The notes under the pieces: model-generated | The model's input: only the letters and a program-made list of their open reading frames with translations | Told to the model about the DNA's origin: nothing | Databases searched by the model: none | Assembly (NCBI GenBank): GCA_041483195.1 | Contig: JBGPFC010000004.1 | Location: 64,001-128,000 of the forward strand | Reading direction: 5' to 3' | DNA from: Candidatus Eiseniibacteriota bacterium | GTDB taxonomy: Bacteria > Eisenbacteria > RBG-16-71-46 | Length of the DNA: 64,000 nt | Shown: piece after piece, positions 1 to 11,638 of the stretch | How the letters are laid out: every line of letters begins with the position of its first letter | How positions within the stretch are numbered: the first letter of the stretch is position 1 | Program-made: the position numbers and the translations under genes

Positions 1-528
1 CGAATCGCTCACCCCGAGGTCGAGGTCGGCGAACCCGACCGGCACCTTCGAGTAATCGGGCACCTCGATGCGCTGGCTGGCCGATGAGCCCTCATCCGCG
101 CTCAAGTCGGCGACCGACACCCGCATGTCGTACCGGCCCGGGGGCAGCGCGAAGTCGCGCTTCTCGATCAGCGCCGCGTTCGGGGAGCGCGTCGCCTCGA
201 AGCTGGGGACGGCGATCCGGCGTTCCCACACGTCTCCGTAGCTGCGTCCGCGGCCCTTCGGCTGGAACACGACGGCGAGCTCCACGCCCATCCCATAGCC
301 CCGGTCGAGCCGAATCCACTGGACGTCCTGATAGGGCACGGTCACCGAGACCTGCATGGCGGGACGGCCGGCGGAATCGACCGAGACCGCGATGTCGGCG
401 GTGAAGAAGGGGGCGCGATCCGCGCGCAACTGCGGAAAATCCAGAGCGGAAGACAACGATGGGGTCGCGGCCGGGATCAGGGCCATCGCGAAAACCACCG
501 TCAGGTGGCGAGATACGGTCCGCAACAT
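1..528 (-). CDS. Secreted protein, N-terminal part (runs off window); probably GWxTD-domain family
   Basis: Not in the ORF track because it has no stop in the window. Open frame from ATG at 528 to base 1: MLRTVSRHLTVVFAMALIPAATPSLSSALDF...LPPGRYDMRVSVADL...VGFADLDLG. It has a signal peptide and an Ig-like 'LPPGxYxxxxxVxD' motif also seen in the GWxTD protein at 45857-47821. The GWxTD core itself is not visible. Confidence 0.6.
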   Translation of the reverse strand, partial: MLRTVSRHLTVVFAMALIPAATPSLSSALDFPQLRADRAPFFTADIAVSVDSAGRPAMQVSVTVPYQDVQWIRLDRGYGMGVELAVVFQPKGRGRSYGDVWERRIAVPSFEATRSPNAALIEKRDFALPPGRYDMRVSVADLSADEGSSASQRIEVPDYSKVPVGFADLDLGVSDS

Positions 529-614
529 GGTCTTCCGCACGTTGGTGGGACGCTAGCACAGGGCTTCGGGCTCGGCTAGTCCCGAGGGTCGAACGTGGAT
601 CCGGGAAATGAACC

Positions 615-644
615 CTGACGCCGGCCCCTGGTTCGCGCTATAGT
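615..644 (+). promoter_or_regulatory. sigma70-like promoter of M6 protease gene
   Basis: CTGACG-N18-TATAGT, ending 9 nt before GTG 654. Confidence 0.5.
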
Positions 645-653
645 CGAAGCACG

Positions 654-3521
654 GTGGCCGGGCTTGCGTCACCTACCGGAGTCTCATGGGCAGACGTGCG
701 CTTTCGTAAAATTCGCAGGACGCATCTCGTTCTCGTCGCGTTGCTCGCGATTCGGTTGGGAGCCGTCTCGCCAGCGCTTGCGACAGCGCCTCCGCAGACC
801 GGATCCCTCCCCATCGAGGTCGCGGACGCGTATCAGCGGGGATTGTTCGCGCTTCCCGCCCGCCCGTCCCCGCTGTCGACCAGCGCCGCGCAAACGGTCT
901 GGCGAATTCCCATCATCCTCGTCCAGTTCCCCGACAAGGCGCTCACGTATTCCGCTGCGGACTTCAAGACCGGAATCTTCGACACGACGGGATCGACTCT
1001 GACCGGCTCCGTGTTCGACTACTACCAGTGGGCGTCCGGGGGGCGCCTGCGCGTCGTGGGCGATGTGGTCGCGACCGTCCAGTTGCCGGGTGACCGCACC
1101 TACTACGGAAACCAGAGTTGGGGGCTGTCGACGACCACCACCCCGAACAACATCTATGGGATGGTGCACGATGCGCTCTCGCTATCGACGAGCCAGGTCG
1201 ACTGGTCGCTGTACGACATGGACCACGATGGATACGTGGACATGCTCTGGATCGTCCACGCCGGCATCGGGGGCGAAGGCTCTCCCGACCGCAACAACGC
1301 GTGGTCGATCACGTCGCGCATGTCCGGGGGATGGCGGACCGGCGCGGCGTTTCTCACGAACCAGCTGATTCCGGGCACGAGTTCCCAGTTCTATCGGCTG
1401 GACCGATTCTCGACGCTCCCCGAGCTGTCGACGGTCCACCTGGGGAAACGCTCCGAGATCGGCGTGTACTGCCACGAGTTCGGACATGCCCTCGGGCTTC
1501 CCGACCTCTACGACACCTCGAACCTCGCCGCGGTCTCCAATATCGGCCCGGGAAACTGGTCGCTCATGTCGACGGGCGGACGGGGGGGCGACGGCGCCTC
1601 GCCGCAATACCCGTCTCACCTCGGCGGCTGGTGTTCCCTGTTCCTCGGGTGGAATCCGACGTTTCGTCCCACGACCGATACGACGCTCGTCATCCCACCG
1701 CTCGAGCGGGGTGGACCCGTCGTCGAGCTCTGGTTCCAGGGCGAGTCGTATCCCGAGCACTTCCTCATCGAGAACCGCCAGCGTGACGGGTTTGATCGCA
1801 ACCTTCCCAACGCGGGGCTGATCATCACGCACGTGGACGAGGCGGCCATCGGGCAACGCATCGGGGGCAACAAGATCAACGTGGGCACGACGCCGGGCAT
1901 GTGGCTGCTCGAAGCGGACGGCGACAGCGACCTGGTTGTCGGCCGGAATCGCGGCGACGCCAATGACCCGTTCCCGGGCGCGCTCGATCGCATCGCGATC
2001 GACGACCTGAGCAGCCCGAACACCCGCACGTTCTCGGGCGCGGTCACGAACCTCGGCCTGAGCGACATCCTGCGCACGAATCTCGACGTCCAGGCGCATC
2101 TGCAGGTGCTCGCGCCGGGCTGGCTACCGGCGACCGACCAGACGCTCGATGGGTTTTCCCCCGCCGGATTCTCGGGGCCCGCGCATCGTGCCGTGATCGA
2201 GCCCGACGGCACGATCGATGTCGTCCATAGCGAAATGCGCGGCAGCTACCCGCAGATCGTCCTGCGCTCGAAGCGCCGCTCGGGCTGGCAGCCGCCGCTG
2301 CAACTCAGTGCGTCACCCGAGGCCGCGCTCGATCCCGCGATCGCGTCGCTGCCAGACGGGAATCTCGCCATCGTGTGGAGCGACACCCGGGGGGGGCGCG
2401 CACGCATCCTGTACCGATCGCGATTGCAGGGGGTGTGGAACGGCGAGCAGATCCTCGCGGACGTGCCGGGCGATAATCGTGCCCCGGCGATGGGCGCCGA
2501 TGCCCACGGCCGGGTGGAGGTCGCATGGCTCAACGTGTCCGGAGACGTCCCGCGCCTGTATTTCATGCGCTTCCTCTACTTCGCCCCGTTCGGCCAGCCG
2601 ATCGCGGTGACCGCGCCCGAAGAGATTCCCGGCCGCCCCGCGCTCGAGGTGAGCCGTGAGGGCGTCGGCTACCTGCTCTGGCCGGACGCGTCGCTGAGCC
2701 CGCAACGTTACCTGTTCTCCCGCTTTCATCCGGATTCCGGCCTCTCCCCGCTCCACCTCCCGCTCACGCCCGGAACCGCGAATCCACAGACCGCGATCTC
2801 GGCGGTGGTGGATAGCGCGGGAACGCTGCACTCCCTATGGCAGGTGAGCGGGGCGGGTATCAGCGAACTCCACTATCAGGAGCGTTGGAAGAGCGCTCAT
2901 CCCGCGCCGCGCGATACCACCGTGGAGCTGCGGGGAGCGCCGATCTCCGATGCGGTCATCGCCGCGGATCCACTCGGCAGCCTGCACGTCGCGTTCGCGG
3001 CTACCTCCGCGAGCGGACAACAGATTTACTACAAGCGATGGAGAGCGGGCCTGGGCTGGGATTTTCGCAGCACGCAGGTCAGCTCCCCGCTCGACGGGAG
3101 CGCGGCGAGTCCGATGCTCGCTCCATCGACCCCGGGCAACGTGACCTTGCTGTATGCGGCGTACCCCGCCGGCAGCGCTCGATTCATCGAACGGCTGCGG
3201 CGCCTCGACGGCGCGGATCCGGTCGCGGTGACGCCGGTCGCGATCGCGCCCCGGCCGGTCCTCGAGCTCGGCCCGAATCCGCTGCGCTCCGGGGCGGCGC
3301 TCGAGTTCCGCTGGCGCGGCGCGGCGCCGGCGGCTGTCCCCACCGTCGACATCTTCGATCTCGCCGGCCGGCGGGTCGCGTCCGTTCCGCTCGACGATGC
3401 CGCGGGGATCTGGCGTGGCCGGCTCGGGTCGTCCACCACCGCCGGATGGGCTTCCGGAGTGTATTTCGCGAAATTGAAGGGCGAGCGCGGCGGTAACGCG
3501 CGCCTCGTTCTCCTGCGCTGA
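654..3521 (+). CDS. M6 (immune inhibitor A-type) zinc metalloprotease with beta-repeat region and T9SS/FlgD-like C-terminal domain
   Basis: HEFGHALGLPDLYD zinc motif, DxDxDGYVD, WSLMS Met-turn, HFLIENRQ, LLEADG. C-terminus is PNP...DIFDLAGRRV...SGVYFAKL. Start uncertain. Confidence 0.9.
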   Translation: MAGLASPTGVSWADVRFRKIRRTHLVLVALLAIRLGAVSPALATAPPQTGSLPIEVADAYQRGLFALPARPSPLSTSAAQTVWRIPIILVQFPDKALTYSAADFKTGIFDTTGSTLTGSVFDYYQWASGGRLRVVGDVVATVQLPGDRTYYGNQSWGLSTTTTPNNIYGMVHDALSLSTSQVDWSLYDMDHDGYVDMLWIVHAGIGGEGSPDRNNAWSITSRMSGGWRTGAAFLTNQLIPGTSSQFYRLDRFSTLPELSTVHLGKRSEIGVYCHEFGHALGLPDLYDTSNLAAVSNIGPGNWSLMSTGGRGGDGASPQYPSHLGGWCSLFLGWNPTFRPTTDTTLVIPPLERGGPVVELWFQGESYPEHFLIENRQRDGFDRNLPNAGLIITHVDEAAIGQRIGGNKINVGTTPGMWLLEADGDSDLVVGRNRGDANDPFPGALDRIAIDDLSSPNTRTFSGAVTNLGLSDILRTNLDVQAHLQVLAPGWLPATDQTLDGFSPAGFSGPAHRAVIEPDGTIDVVHSEMRGSYPQIVLRSKRRSGWQPPLQLSASPEAALDPAIASLPDGNLAIVWSDTRGGRARILYRSRLQGVWNGEQILADVPGDNRAPAMGADAHGRVEVAWLNVSGDVPRLYFMRFLYFAPFGQPIAVTAPEEIPGRPALEVSREGVGYLLWPDASLSPQRYLFSRFHPDSGLSPLHLPLTPGTANPQTAISAVVDSAGTLHSLWQVSGAGISELHYQERWKSAHPAPRDTTVELRGAPISDAVIAADPLGSLHVAFAATSASGQQIYYKRWRAGLGWDFRSTQVSSPLDGSAASPMLAPSTPGNVTLLYAAYPAGSARFIERLRRLDGADPVAVTPVAIAPRPVLELGPNPLRSGAALEFRWRGAAPAAVPTVDIFDLAGRRVASVPLDDAAGIWRGRLGSSTTAGWASGVYFAKLKGERGGNARLVLLR

Positions 3522-4684
3522 TTCCGGGCCCGGGCCCGCGCCGTCTCGCCATCCTGCTCGCGATCGGAGCCTCGGCAGTCGGCGCCGCTTCCCCGCAAGC
3601 GCAAACCCATCCGATCGCGGGCGTGTTCGCGATGCGCGCGGGGGACGACCGGCGCTGGGGATGGACCGGGGCCTGGCTGTTTCCGGTGGGCGACCCTCGC
3701 GATTTTCAGAGCCCCGCGCCGGATGGCACGGCGGGGTATCGAGTGAATCGTGGCGTGGGAGATCCCGGGGAGGGCAGCGCGCCGCATGAGGGCGCGGATC
3801 TCGCGAACGGTCGCGGGGGCGGCGTGGTTCGAGCCGCCGCGCACGGGCTGGTCGTGGTCTCCGCGCGGACCGGCTGGCAGGGTGGATACGGGCGCCACAT
3901 CGTGATCGCGCATCGGCTCGAGGACGGCACGATCGCCTTCAGCGTCTACGCCCATCTCTCCCCCGGCTCGGTGCGCCCGCGCACCGGGGAGATCGTCGCG
4001 GCCGGCCAGGCGCTCGCCTGCGTCGGGCGCAGCGGCCGGGCCTCGACCGAGCATCTCCACTTCGAGATTCGAATCGCGGCGGATCCGCAGGCGCGATGGG
4101 AACACGCCCGCGTGGTGGATCCCGTTGCGTTCGTCACCGCGCGCCTGCCGGCGGATCGAGGGGAGAGCGGACCGCTCGCGCCCTACCTCGAGTGGGGGGA
4201 ATGCGGCTCGTTGCTGTCGCCCGATGACGCTTCGGACGCCGGCCTCACGCGTGCGCGCTGGTGGCGCATCCTCGCCCGCGGCGCGCGCCACGGGCTGCAG
4301 ACCATCCCCGGGGATCTCGCGGCGCTCCGCACCGCGCTCATCGGCCAGGGCCTCGTGCCCGGGGCTGAGAGCGAAGCCAGCGACGAAGTCGTTTCATGGT
4401 CCGAGCTCGCGCGCGACCTCACCCGCGTTCGAACCGCCGGCACCCGGCTGGCTCACCCGCCGATGGGCACTTCGGCCCATCGCGCCACCTGCGCGGCCAG
4501 GCTCGGCCTGCCCGAGCCCCGGCGCGGCCTCGATCGGCTCGGCCGCCGCGTCGGGTCGCCGCCGTCGGTCGCCGACGCCTGCGTCGCGCTCGCGGACCTC
4601 TCGGGCACGTGGGAAACCCCGCGCCCGAAGGGGGTCATCCGCCGTCGAGGTGGAGCTCGGCCTGCCGTGGGTAGCGGCGCTTGA
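3518..4684 (+). CDS. M23 family peptidase (peptidoglycan endopeptidase-like)
   Basis: HEGADL, GYGRHIVIAH, YAHL and HLHFEIR motifs. The ORF track starts at GTG 3623, but the frame is open from 3497 and encodes a signal-peptide-like segment, so CTG 3518 is proposed as the start. Confidence 0.8.
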   Translation: MIPGPGPRRLAILLAIGASAVGAASPQAQTHPIAGVFAMRAGDDRRWGWTGAWLFPVGDPRDFQSPAPDGTAGYRVNRGVGDPGEGSAPHEGADLANGRGGGVVRAAAHGLVVVSARTGWQGGYGRHIVIAHRLEDGTIAFSVYAHLSPGSVRPRTGEIVAAGQALACVGRSGRASTEHLHFEIRIAADPQARWEHARVVDPVAFVTARLPADRGESGPLAPYLEWGECGSLLSPDDASDAGLTRARWWRILARGARHGLQTIPGDLAALRTALIGQGLVPGAESEASDEVVSWSELARDLTRVRTAGTRLAHPPMGTSAHRATCAARLGLPEPRRGLDRLGRRVGSPPSVADACVALADLSGTWETPRPKGVIRRRGGARPAVGSGA

Positions 4685-5285
4685 GGTCGAGGACCAGCTG
4701 CGTAAACGCCGGGGTGTCTCCCTGCAGGGGTACGCGATCGGTGTCGATCTCGAGCACCTCGAGATCGTTCCGCGCGCGCGTCATCCAGTCGTCGTAGGCG
4801 CGGTTGAGCCGCTCGATGTAATCGATGCCGATCGCGCGCTCGCTCGGCCGCCCGCGACGCGCGATCCGCTCCATCAGCACCTCGGGGCTGGCCTTCAGGT
4901 AGATGATGAGGTCGGGCCTGCGAAGGAACGAAGCGAGAATCTCGAACAGCGATACGTAGTTCCGGTAGTCGACCTCGCTCATCGAGCCCTGCTGGCTCAG
5001 GGTGCGCGCGAAGATCTCGGCGTCCTCGTAGATCGTGCGGTCCTGGATGAACGGCAGCGAGCTCTTCCCGATCTCGACCTGCGCCTTGAAACGCTCGCTC
5101 AGGAAATAGATCTGGAGGTGGAAGCTCCAGCGCGGCATGTCACGGTAGAACGAATCCAGGTAGGGATTCTCGATGACCGGCTCGTAGTAGGCCATCCATC
5201 CGAGCTCGGCGCTCAGCCGGTTGGTGAGCTCGGTCTTTCCCACCCCGATGTTGCCGGCGATCGCGAGAAAATAGCCCTGACTCAC
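4635..5285 (-). CDS. Deoxynucleoside kinase
   Basis: IAGNIGVGKT P-loop, YEPV, QIYFLSERF, DRTIYED, PDLIIYLKA, RIARRGR. GTG 5285 is preceded by an AGAGGAG RBS. Confidence 0.93.
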   Translation of the reverse strand: MSQGYFLAIAGNIGVGKTELTNRLSAELGWMAYYEPVIENPYLDSFYRDMPRWSFHLQIYFLSERFKAQVEIGKSSLPFIQDRTIYEDAEIFARTLSQQGSMSEVDYRNYVSLFEILASFLRRPDLIIYLKASPEVLMERIARRGRPSERAIGIDYIERLNRAYDDWMTRARNDLEVLEIDTDRVPLQGDTPAFTQLVLDLKRRYPRQAELHLDGG

Positions 5286-5521
5286 GCCACGAGCTCCTCT
5301 TTCTGTCAAGCCAGTGTTCAGACGTGAGGCTTCGGTTGACGCTTTCAGGACGTTTACTTTACGACGATGGACCGAAGGGGATCCGGAATCTACGCCACGG
5401 AATTTTCTCGAACCCGATTTGAACCGCCCGCATCTCGATAGCGCAATTCGCAGTTGGGGGGCTAGTTCGATGACATTCGCGTGCGGCCCGCGATTCTGAG
5501 AACGACGTCCCCCATTTTCTT

Positions 5522-5557
5522 TCACCCCGCGAGGTCTGCGTTCACCTCGCGGGGTGA
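5522..5557. terminator. Perfect 14-bp hairpin (possible terminator or RNA structure) between prsR and dNK
   Basis: TCACCCCGCGAGGT-ctgcgttc-ACCTCGCGGGGTGA. No U-tract on the minus strand. Confidence 0.5.
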
Positions 5558-5655
5558 GTCGTTTCTTCCCGCGAAACCGCGGAGCCCTGCGCGACGGGTG
5601 CGGCCCGCCTCTCGAGCGCGACCCGCTGCACGCTAGCCGCCCCGGATCGAGATCG

Positions 5656-7085
<1,430 letters not shown>

Positions 7086-7089
<4 letters not shown>

Positions 7090-9242
7090 GCCGGCCGCTC
7101 CCGCCCGGGGGCGACGGCCGCGGCCGGCAGACACACCGACACCGTGGTGCCGGCGCCTAAGCGGCTCTCGATCGTGAGCTCGCCGCCGTGCGCCTCGGCG
7201 ATGCTCCGGCACTGCATGAGCCCGATGCCGAGTCCCGCCGGCTTGGTGGTGGAGAACGGCCGGAACAGCGCGCCGCGCATGAACTCCTCGCTCATGCCGC
7301 GCCCGCTGTCGCGCACGGTCAGCGCGAAATCGCCAGCGCCATTCGGACCGGGCCGCACCACGCCCGTCAGCTCGATCTCCCCATCGCCGTCCAGCGCCTC
7401 CCGCGCGTTGACGAGCAGGTTCGTAACGAGCCGCAGCATCTGAGATCGATCGACCTGCACCGACGTCTCGCGATCACACCGCACTTCGACGCGTGCGACC
7501 GGATGCGCCCCGGCGCTCAGTCCCGCCGCCGCGACCGCATCGTCGAAGAGCGCTCCGAGCGCGCAGGGCTCGGGGTGGACCTCGGTGGGCCGTGCCACGC
7601 TCGAGACCTGGCTCATCAGCTCTCGCAGGTTCGCGACGGTGCGCTCCAGCACGGTGAGCGCGTCGCGCTGAAATTCCGGATCGGACAGGTGCTGGCGCGC
7701 GTTCTCGACAACGAGCGAGAGGCCCGACACGTGGTTCTTGATGTCGTGCAGCACGAAGGACGAGAGACGGTGAAGGGACTCGAGCTGGCGAGTCTCGGCG
7801 AGCTGCTCGGCCTGGCGGGCGAAGCCGAGCGCGGCCGCGATCTGGCGCGACACCGCGCCCAGGAACTGAACGTCCTCCGCCGTGTAGTCCTCCTCGTTCC
7901 GCTTCTCGGACAGCCAGATCAGGCCGACCCGATCGCCGCCGATCGTGAGCGAGGCGCAGACCGCCGCGGACACCGCGCGGATGGCCTCGCGATTCTCCAC
8001 GGCGACCGGAATCAGATCGAGGTCCTGCGCCATCTCGCGGAACACGACCGGCGCCCCCGAGCGCTGAAGCTCCTGCACCAGCGGATTCTCCGGCGCGATC
8101 ACGGGCGGCATCGCCGGCGGGCCATACGCGCGGCGGAAGCCGCCGCCGCGCTCGTCCGCGAGGTAGAGCGCGATGCGCTTGGCCTCGAAGATCGTTCCCA
8201 TCAGGGTCTCGATCTGGCGATACAGATCGTCGGGGCGCGCCGAAGGAGCGATGGCATTCGTCACGCGCTCCCACTCACGACGATAGTCGTAGCGATTCGC
8301 GTAGAAATTGCGATCGATGAACCGCTTGACGGCGCGATTCGCGCGCGGGCTGAGCGTCAGCAGCAACCCGCCCCCTCCCGCCAGCAGATAGAACGCGAGG
8401 CTCACGCCCCGCTTCCATTCGGGGGTGAGGATCGGGACCAGCTTCGAGAGCACGGCCATCGTGAGCAGGAACGCGCCCGCCAGCGTGAGCGAAACCGACG
8501 AGTAGTAGATGACCGGCCGGGCGAGCGGAACGCTCATGTCCGAGAGCCGCCGGCGCGCGAGCGCGAACGAGGTCACGACGCCCGCGCCGAACATCGGCGC
8601 GGCGCTCGCCGCGAGCCACGAGACGCGCACGCCGCCGTAGAGCAATCCCCCGGAGACGACCAGCAGCTCGCTCAGGATCCCCACCAGGAACGCGAGAAAC
8701 ATCGGCCGCAGCCGGCGCTTGGAGGCCGCCGGCGCGGTGCGCAGCGTGCGCTCGATGTTCATCAGCACGGCGACCATCACGACCACGAGATACATGAGGT
8801 AGATCTTGCCCATGCCGGCGAGCACGATCACCCCGCGACCGCCCTGGCCCGCCACCTCGCGAACGATGAAGGGAGTTTCGGACGCGGCGGACATCGCGAC
8901 ACAGCCGATCAGGGCGAGGATCAGGTAGGCCGCCGAGTTCTTGATCTGCGACCAGGGATCCGAGCGAGCCAGCACCACGCTCAGGCTCAGCCACAGCCAG
9001 GAGGCGAGGGCGGAGACCTCGGCGAGATAGGTCGCCCACATGCGCGCGGTCCCGGGAGTGGCGGCCTCGAGGATGCCGAGCGTCCCCGCCTGGAATGCCG
9101 CCATCGACAGGAAGGCCGCCGAGAACACCAGGGTCGTCAGCCAGTGTCCCCGCCGCAGCGTGGCGAGCACGCCGATGACCGCGGCGAGCCAGGCGCTCGC
9201 GACCACCAGCGTCACCTGGATCGGCGATGTCGCGAATTCCAC
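7086..9242 (-). CDS. prsK: PEP-CTERM system histidine kinase (PrsK-like)
   Basis: About 9 TM helices, then FIDRNFYANRYDYRREW (PrsK-type segment), a GAF domain, H-box SSFVLHDIKN, and HATPase LFRPFSTTK-GLGIGL. AGGAGG RBS. Confidence 0.9.
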
Positions 9243-9257
9243 TCGTCCTCCTGGCCT

Positions 9258-10787
9258 TCAGTCCTGGCCCAGCCGGGCAGCCGCGGCCCGGGCGCGCTGC
9301 CGGGATCCGGGATCCGTCGCGCGTTCGGCGATGTCACGATACAGCCCGCGCGCGCGGCCGCGATCCACGAGGGTCGATTCGGCGATGCCGGCCGCACGCA
9401 TTCCCGCCTCCGCGCCGGCGGTCGTGCCTGCGTACCGCCGCCAGAGATCCGCGAGCGCATCGCACGCTCCCGTGGAATCGCCGAGCGCGACCAGCAGGTC
9501 GGCTCGCGTGCGCCGCGCCAGCTGCTGCACCTCGTCGTCGCGCTGGGTCGCGATCAGGTAGTCCATGTTTTCGAGCGCCCGCCTCGCTTCCACGCGGGCG
9601 ATTTCGATCTCACCCCGGTGAAGGTGATACCGCACGATGCGCAGCACCGATTCGAACGCGAGCGGATGCGTAGGTCGCGCCGCCGCCAGTGCGCGATACT
9701 CGCTGCGCGCCGCCTCCCACGAACCCGCCGCCTCCAGAATCGCCCCGCGGCGGAACCGCGCTTCGGCCGCCGGATCCTGCGCCTCCGGGCAGGCTTCGAG
9801 CAAGCGGCCGAACGCGGCGAGCGCGGAATCGGGACGATGGCTCGCCTCCCATGCCCGCGCGAGGATCAGCATCGCATCCGCGCGATCCGCCGGCGCGGCG
9901 CCGATCGCGGCCCACGCCGCGTACACGCGTGCAGTGTCGGGGCGCCCCGATTCGAGCGCGGTGCGCGCCAGCGTCATGACGCGCCGGGACGCGTTCGCCC
10001 GGTCCGCCGGCTCGCCCAGAACGCCGCGGAGCGCCGCGAGCGCGCCGTCGCCGTCTCCGCGCGCGGTCCGGGTCGCCGCGAGCGCGAGCCAGAGATCCGG
10101 CGCGGCCCGCGTCCCCCGCGCGCCCGCCAGCCCATCGAGCAGGCGGCGATCCGCGGCGCGCAGCACCGAATCCCGCGCCGCGTCCCGGCCGGCGGCATCG
10201 AGCAGCGCCGCGATGCGGAGCGGCGCATCGAGCACCGCCTGCGACGCGACATGCCGCGCGGGATCGACCGGCGGATAGTCCGCGGCGACGACGCTCCAGG
10301 CGGCGAGCGCATCGGGGCCCCGCCCCAGTTCCGAGAGCAGCTCGGCCCTGGCCGCCGCCGCCTCGACCCCCACCGACCCGAGCGTTCGATAGTCCGAGAT
10401 CGCGCGGGCGTAACCCGCGAGCGCCAGCTTCTCGTGCCCGCGCATCTCCTCGATGCGCGCGCACGCGATCGCCGCGCGCCCCGACACCTCCCCCACCTCG
10501 AGCGCCATCGGTCCCTCGCCGGTCCCGGCCCACACCCCCGGCGGGAACGCCCTGGTGATTTCGCGGAACGCCGCCATCGCCCGCTCGTAGTCCGCGTCCG
10601 TCGCCAGCGCGGGATTGAGCTGGAGCCGCTCCGCGAGGCGACGGGCATGCCAATACGATTTCTCGGCGCGGTATCGGGCCCAGAGCGCCGAATCGCCGCA
10701 GCCGGCGACCGCGATCAGACCGGCGGCCAGCACGCAGCGCGCGACCCGCACCGCCACCCGGCGCCGCGGCCTGCGATCCGCGCTCAC
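9258..10787 (-). CDS. TPR-repeat lipoprotein (positional equivalent of PrsT)
   Basis: Lipobox IAVAGC, Ala-rich TPR-like helical repeats, located directly upstream of prsK. GTG 10787 overlaps the upstream stop. Confidence 0.7.
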   Translation of the reverse strand: MSADRRPRRRVAVRVARCVLAAGLIAVAGCGDSALWARYRAEKSYWHARRLAERLQLNPALATDADYERAMAAFREITRAFPPGVWAGTGEGPMALEVGEVSGRAAIACARIEEMRGHEKLALAGYARAISDYRTLGSVGVEAAAARAELLSELGRGPDALAAWSVVAADYPPVDPARHVASQAVLDAPLRIAALLDAAGRDAARDSVLRAADRRLLDGLAGARGTRAAPDLWLALAATRTARGDGDGALAALRGVLGEPADRANASRRVMTLARTALESGRPDTARVYAAWAAIGAAPADRADAMLILARAWEASHRPDSALAAFGRLLEACPEAQDPAAEARFRRGAILEAAGSWEAARSEYRALAAARPTHPLAFESVLRIVRYHLHRGEIEIARVEARRALENMDYLIATQRDDEVQQLARRTRADLLVALGDSTGACDALADLWRRYAGTTAGAEAGMRAAGIAESTLVDRGRARGLYRDIAERATDPGSRQRARAAAARLGQD

Positions 10788-11638
10788 GGCGCCCACCCGT
10801 CGTCCGGGTTCGCCATCGCGCCCAGGTACACCAGGGTCGCGCTGCCCGCGAGCAGGAACCAGACGCCCAGCGACGCGACCACCTCCAGCGTGACCAGCCA
10901 GCCCACCAGCTCCGGGTCGCCGCGATTCACGAGCAGCGCGGCGCGATCGGAGAGCGCATGCAGCGGGAGCAGCAGCACGAGCGGCGTGAAACCCAGCGCC
11001 AGCCCGGCCCAGAATCCGCGCGCCCAGGTGCGGGGCAGCGCGGCGAGCGCCGAGAGCGCGCTCCTCCGCTCGATCATCACCAGCGCGGCCACATACAGGA
11101 ACAGCGACTGGATCACGACCGGCCCCGCGATCAGGCCGAATTCGAGGAGCCGGCCCGTGAGTCCGCCCCCTCCGCGGCGGAGCAGCCAGCCGTCGAGCAG
11201 GGTGGACAGCCCGACGACCGCGACGTTGAACGGGAGCTGCGCAAGGATGAGCGATCCGCCGCGGCGCAGCGCTTCACGCAACGCGACGCCAGCACGCGGA
11301 CGGCCGCCGCGGAATTGCTCTGCGAACATCACGGTCGCCGCGCCGATCATCACCGAGCCGAGCAGCGTGCCGATCGCCAGATCGACGCGCGAGAACAAGT
11401 CGGGCATCGCGCTCATGAGATTCGGATACCTGAGGACCTCGGCGCCCGCGACGCGAGTGAGTAGCGGCGCCATGAACCACGAGACGGCCGGGTGGGCGAA
11501 GCCCCACAGCAGCGCGACGATCGCGAGCTGCACCGATCCCAGCACCAGCCACGGGACCCACAGCACGGGCTTCGGAAACAGGCGGAGGGTGCGGAGCATG
11601 GCCTGGATCGCGAGCGCGACCTGCTCGAACAGATTCAT
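10784..11638 (-). CDS. Uncharacterised multi-pass membrane protein
   Basis: MNLFEQVALAIQ..., about 6 hydrophobic helices, 4-bp overlaps with both neighbours. Confidence 0.75.
   Translation of the reverse strand: MNLFEQVALAIQAMLRTLRLFPKPVLWVPWLVLGSVQLAIVALLWGFAHPAVSWFMAPLLTRVAGAEVLRYPNLMSAMPDLFSRVDLAIGTLLGSVMIGAATVMFAEQFRGGRPRAGVALREALRRGGSLILAQLPFNVAVVGLSTLLDGWLLRRGGGGLTGRLLEFGLIAGPVVIQSLFLYVAALVMIERRSALSALAALPRTWARGFWAGLALGFTPLVLLLPLHALSDRAALLVNRGDPELVGWLVTLEVVASLGVWFLLAGSATLVYLGAMANPDDGWAP

Noticed and set aside
4635..4684. 50-bp convergent overlap of the M23 and dNK 3' ends
   Set aside because: Low-complexity C-terminal run-on, common in GC-rich genomes; no evidence of function.
5314..5499. 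61-aa plus-strand ORF in the dNK leader
   Set aside because: No RBS, atypical codon usage and no recognisable motif.
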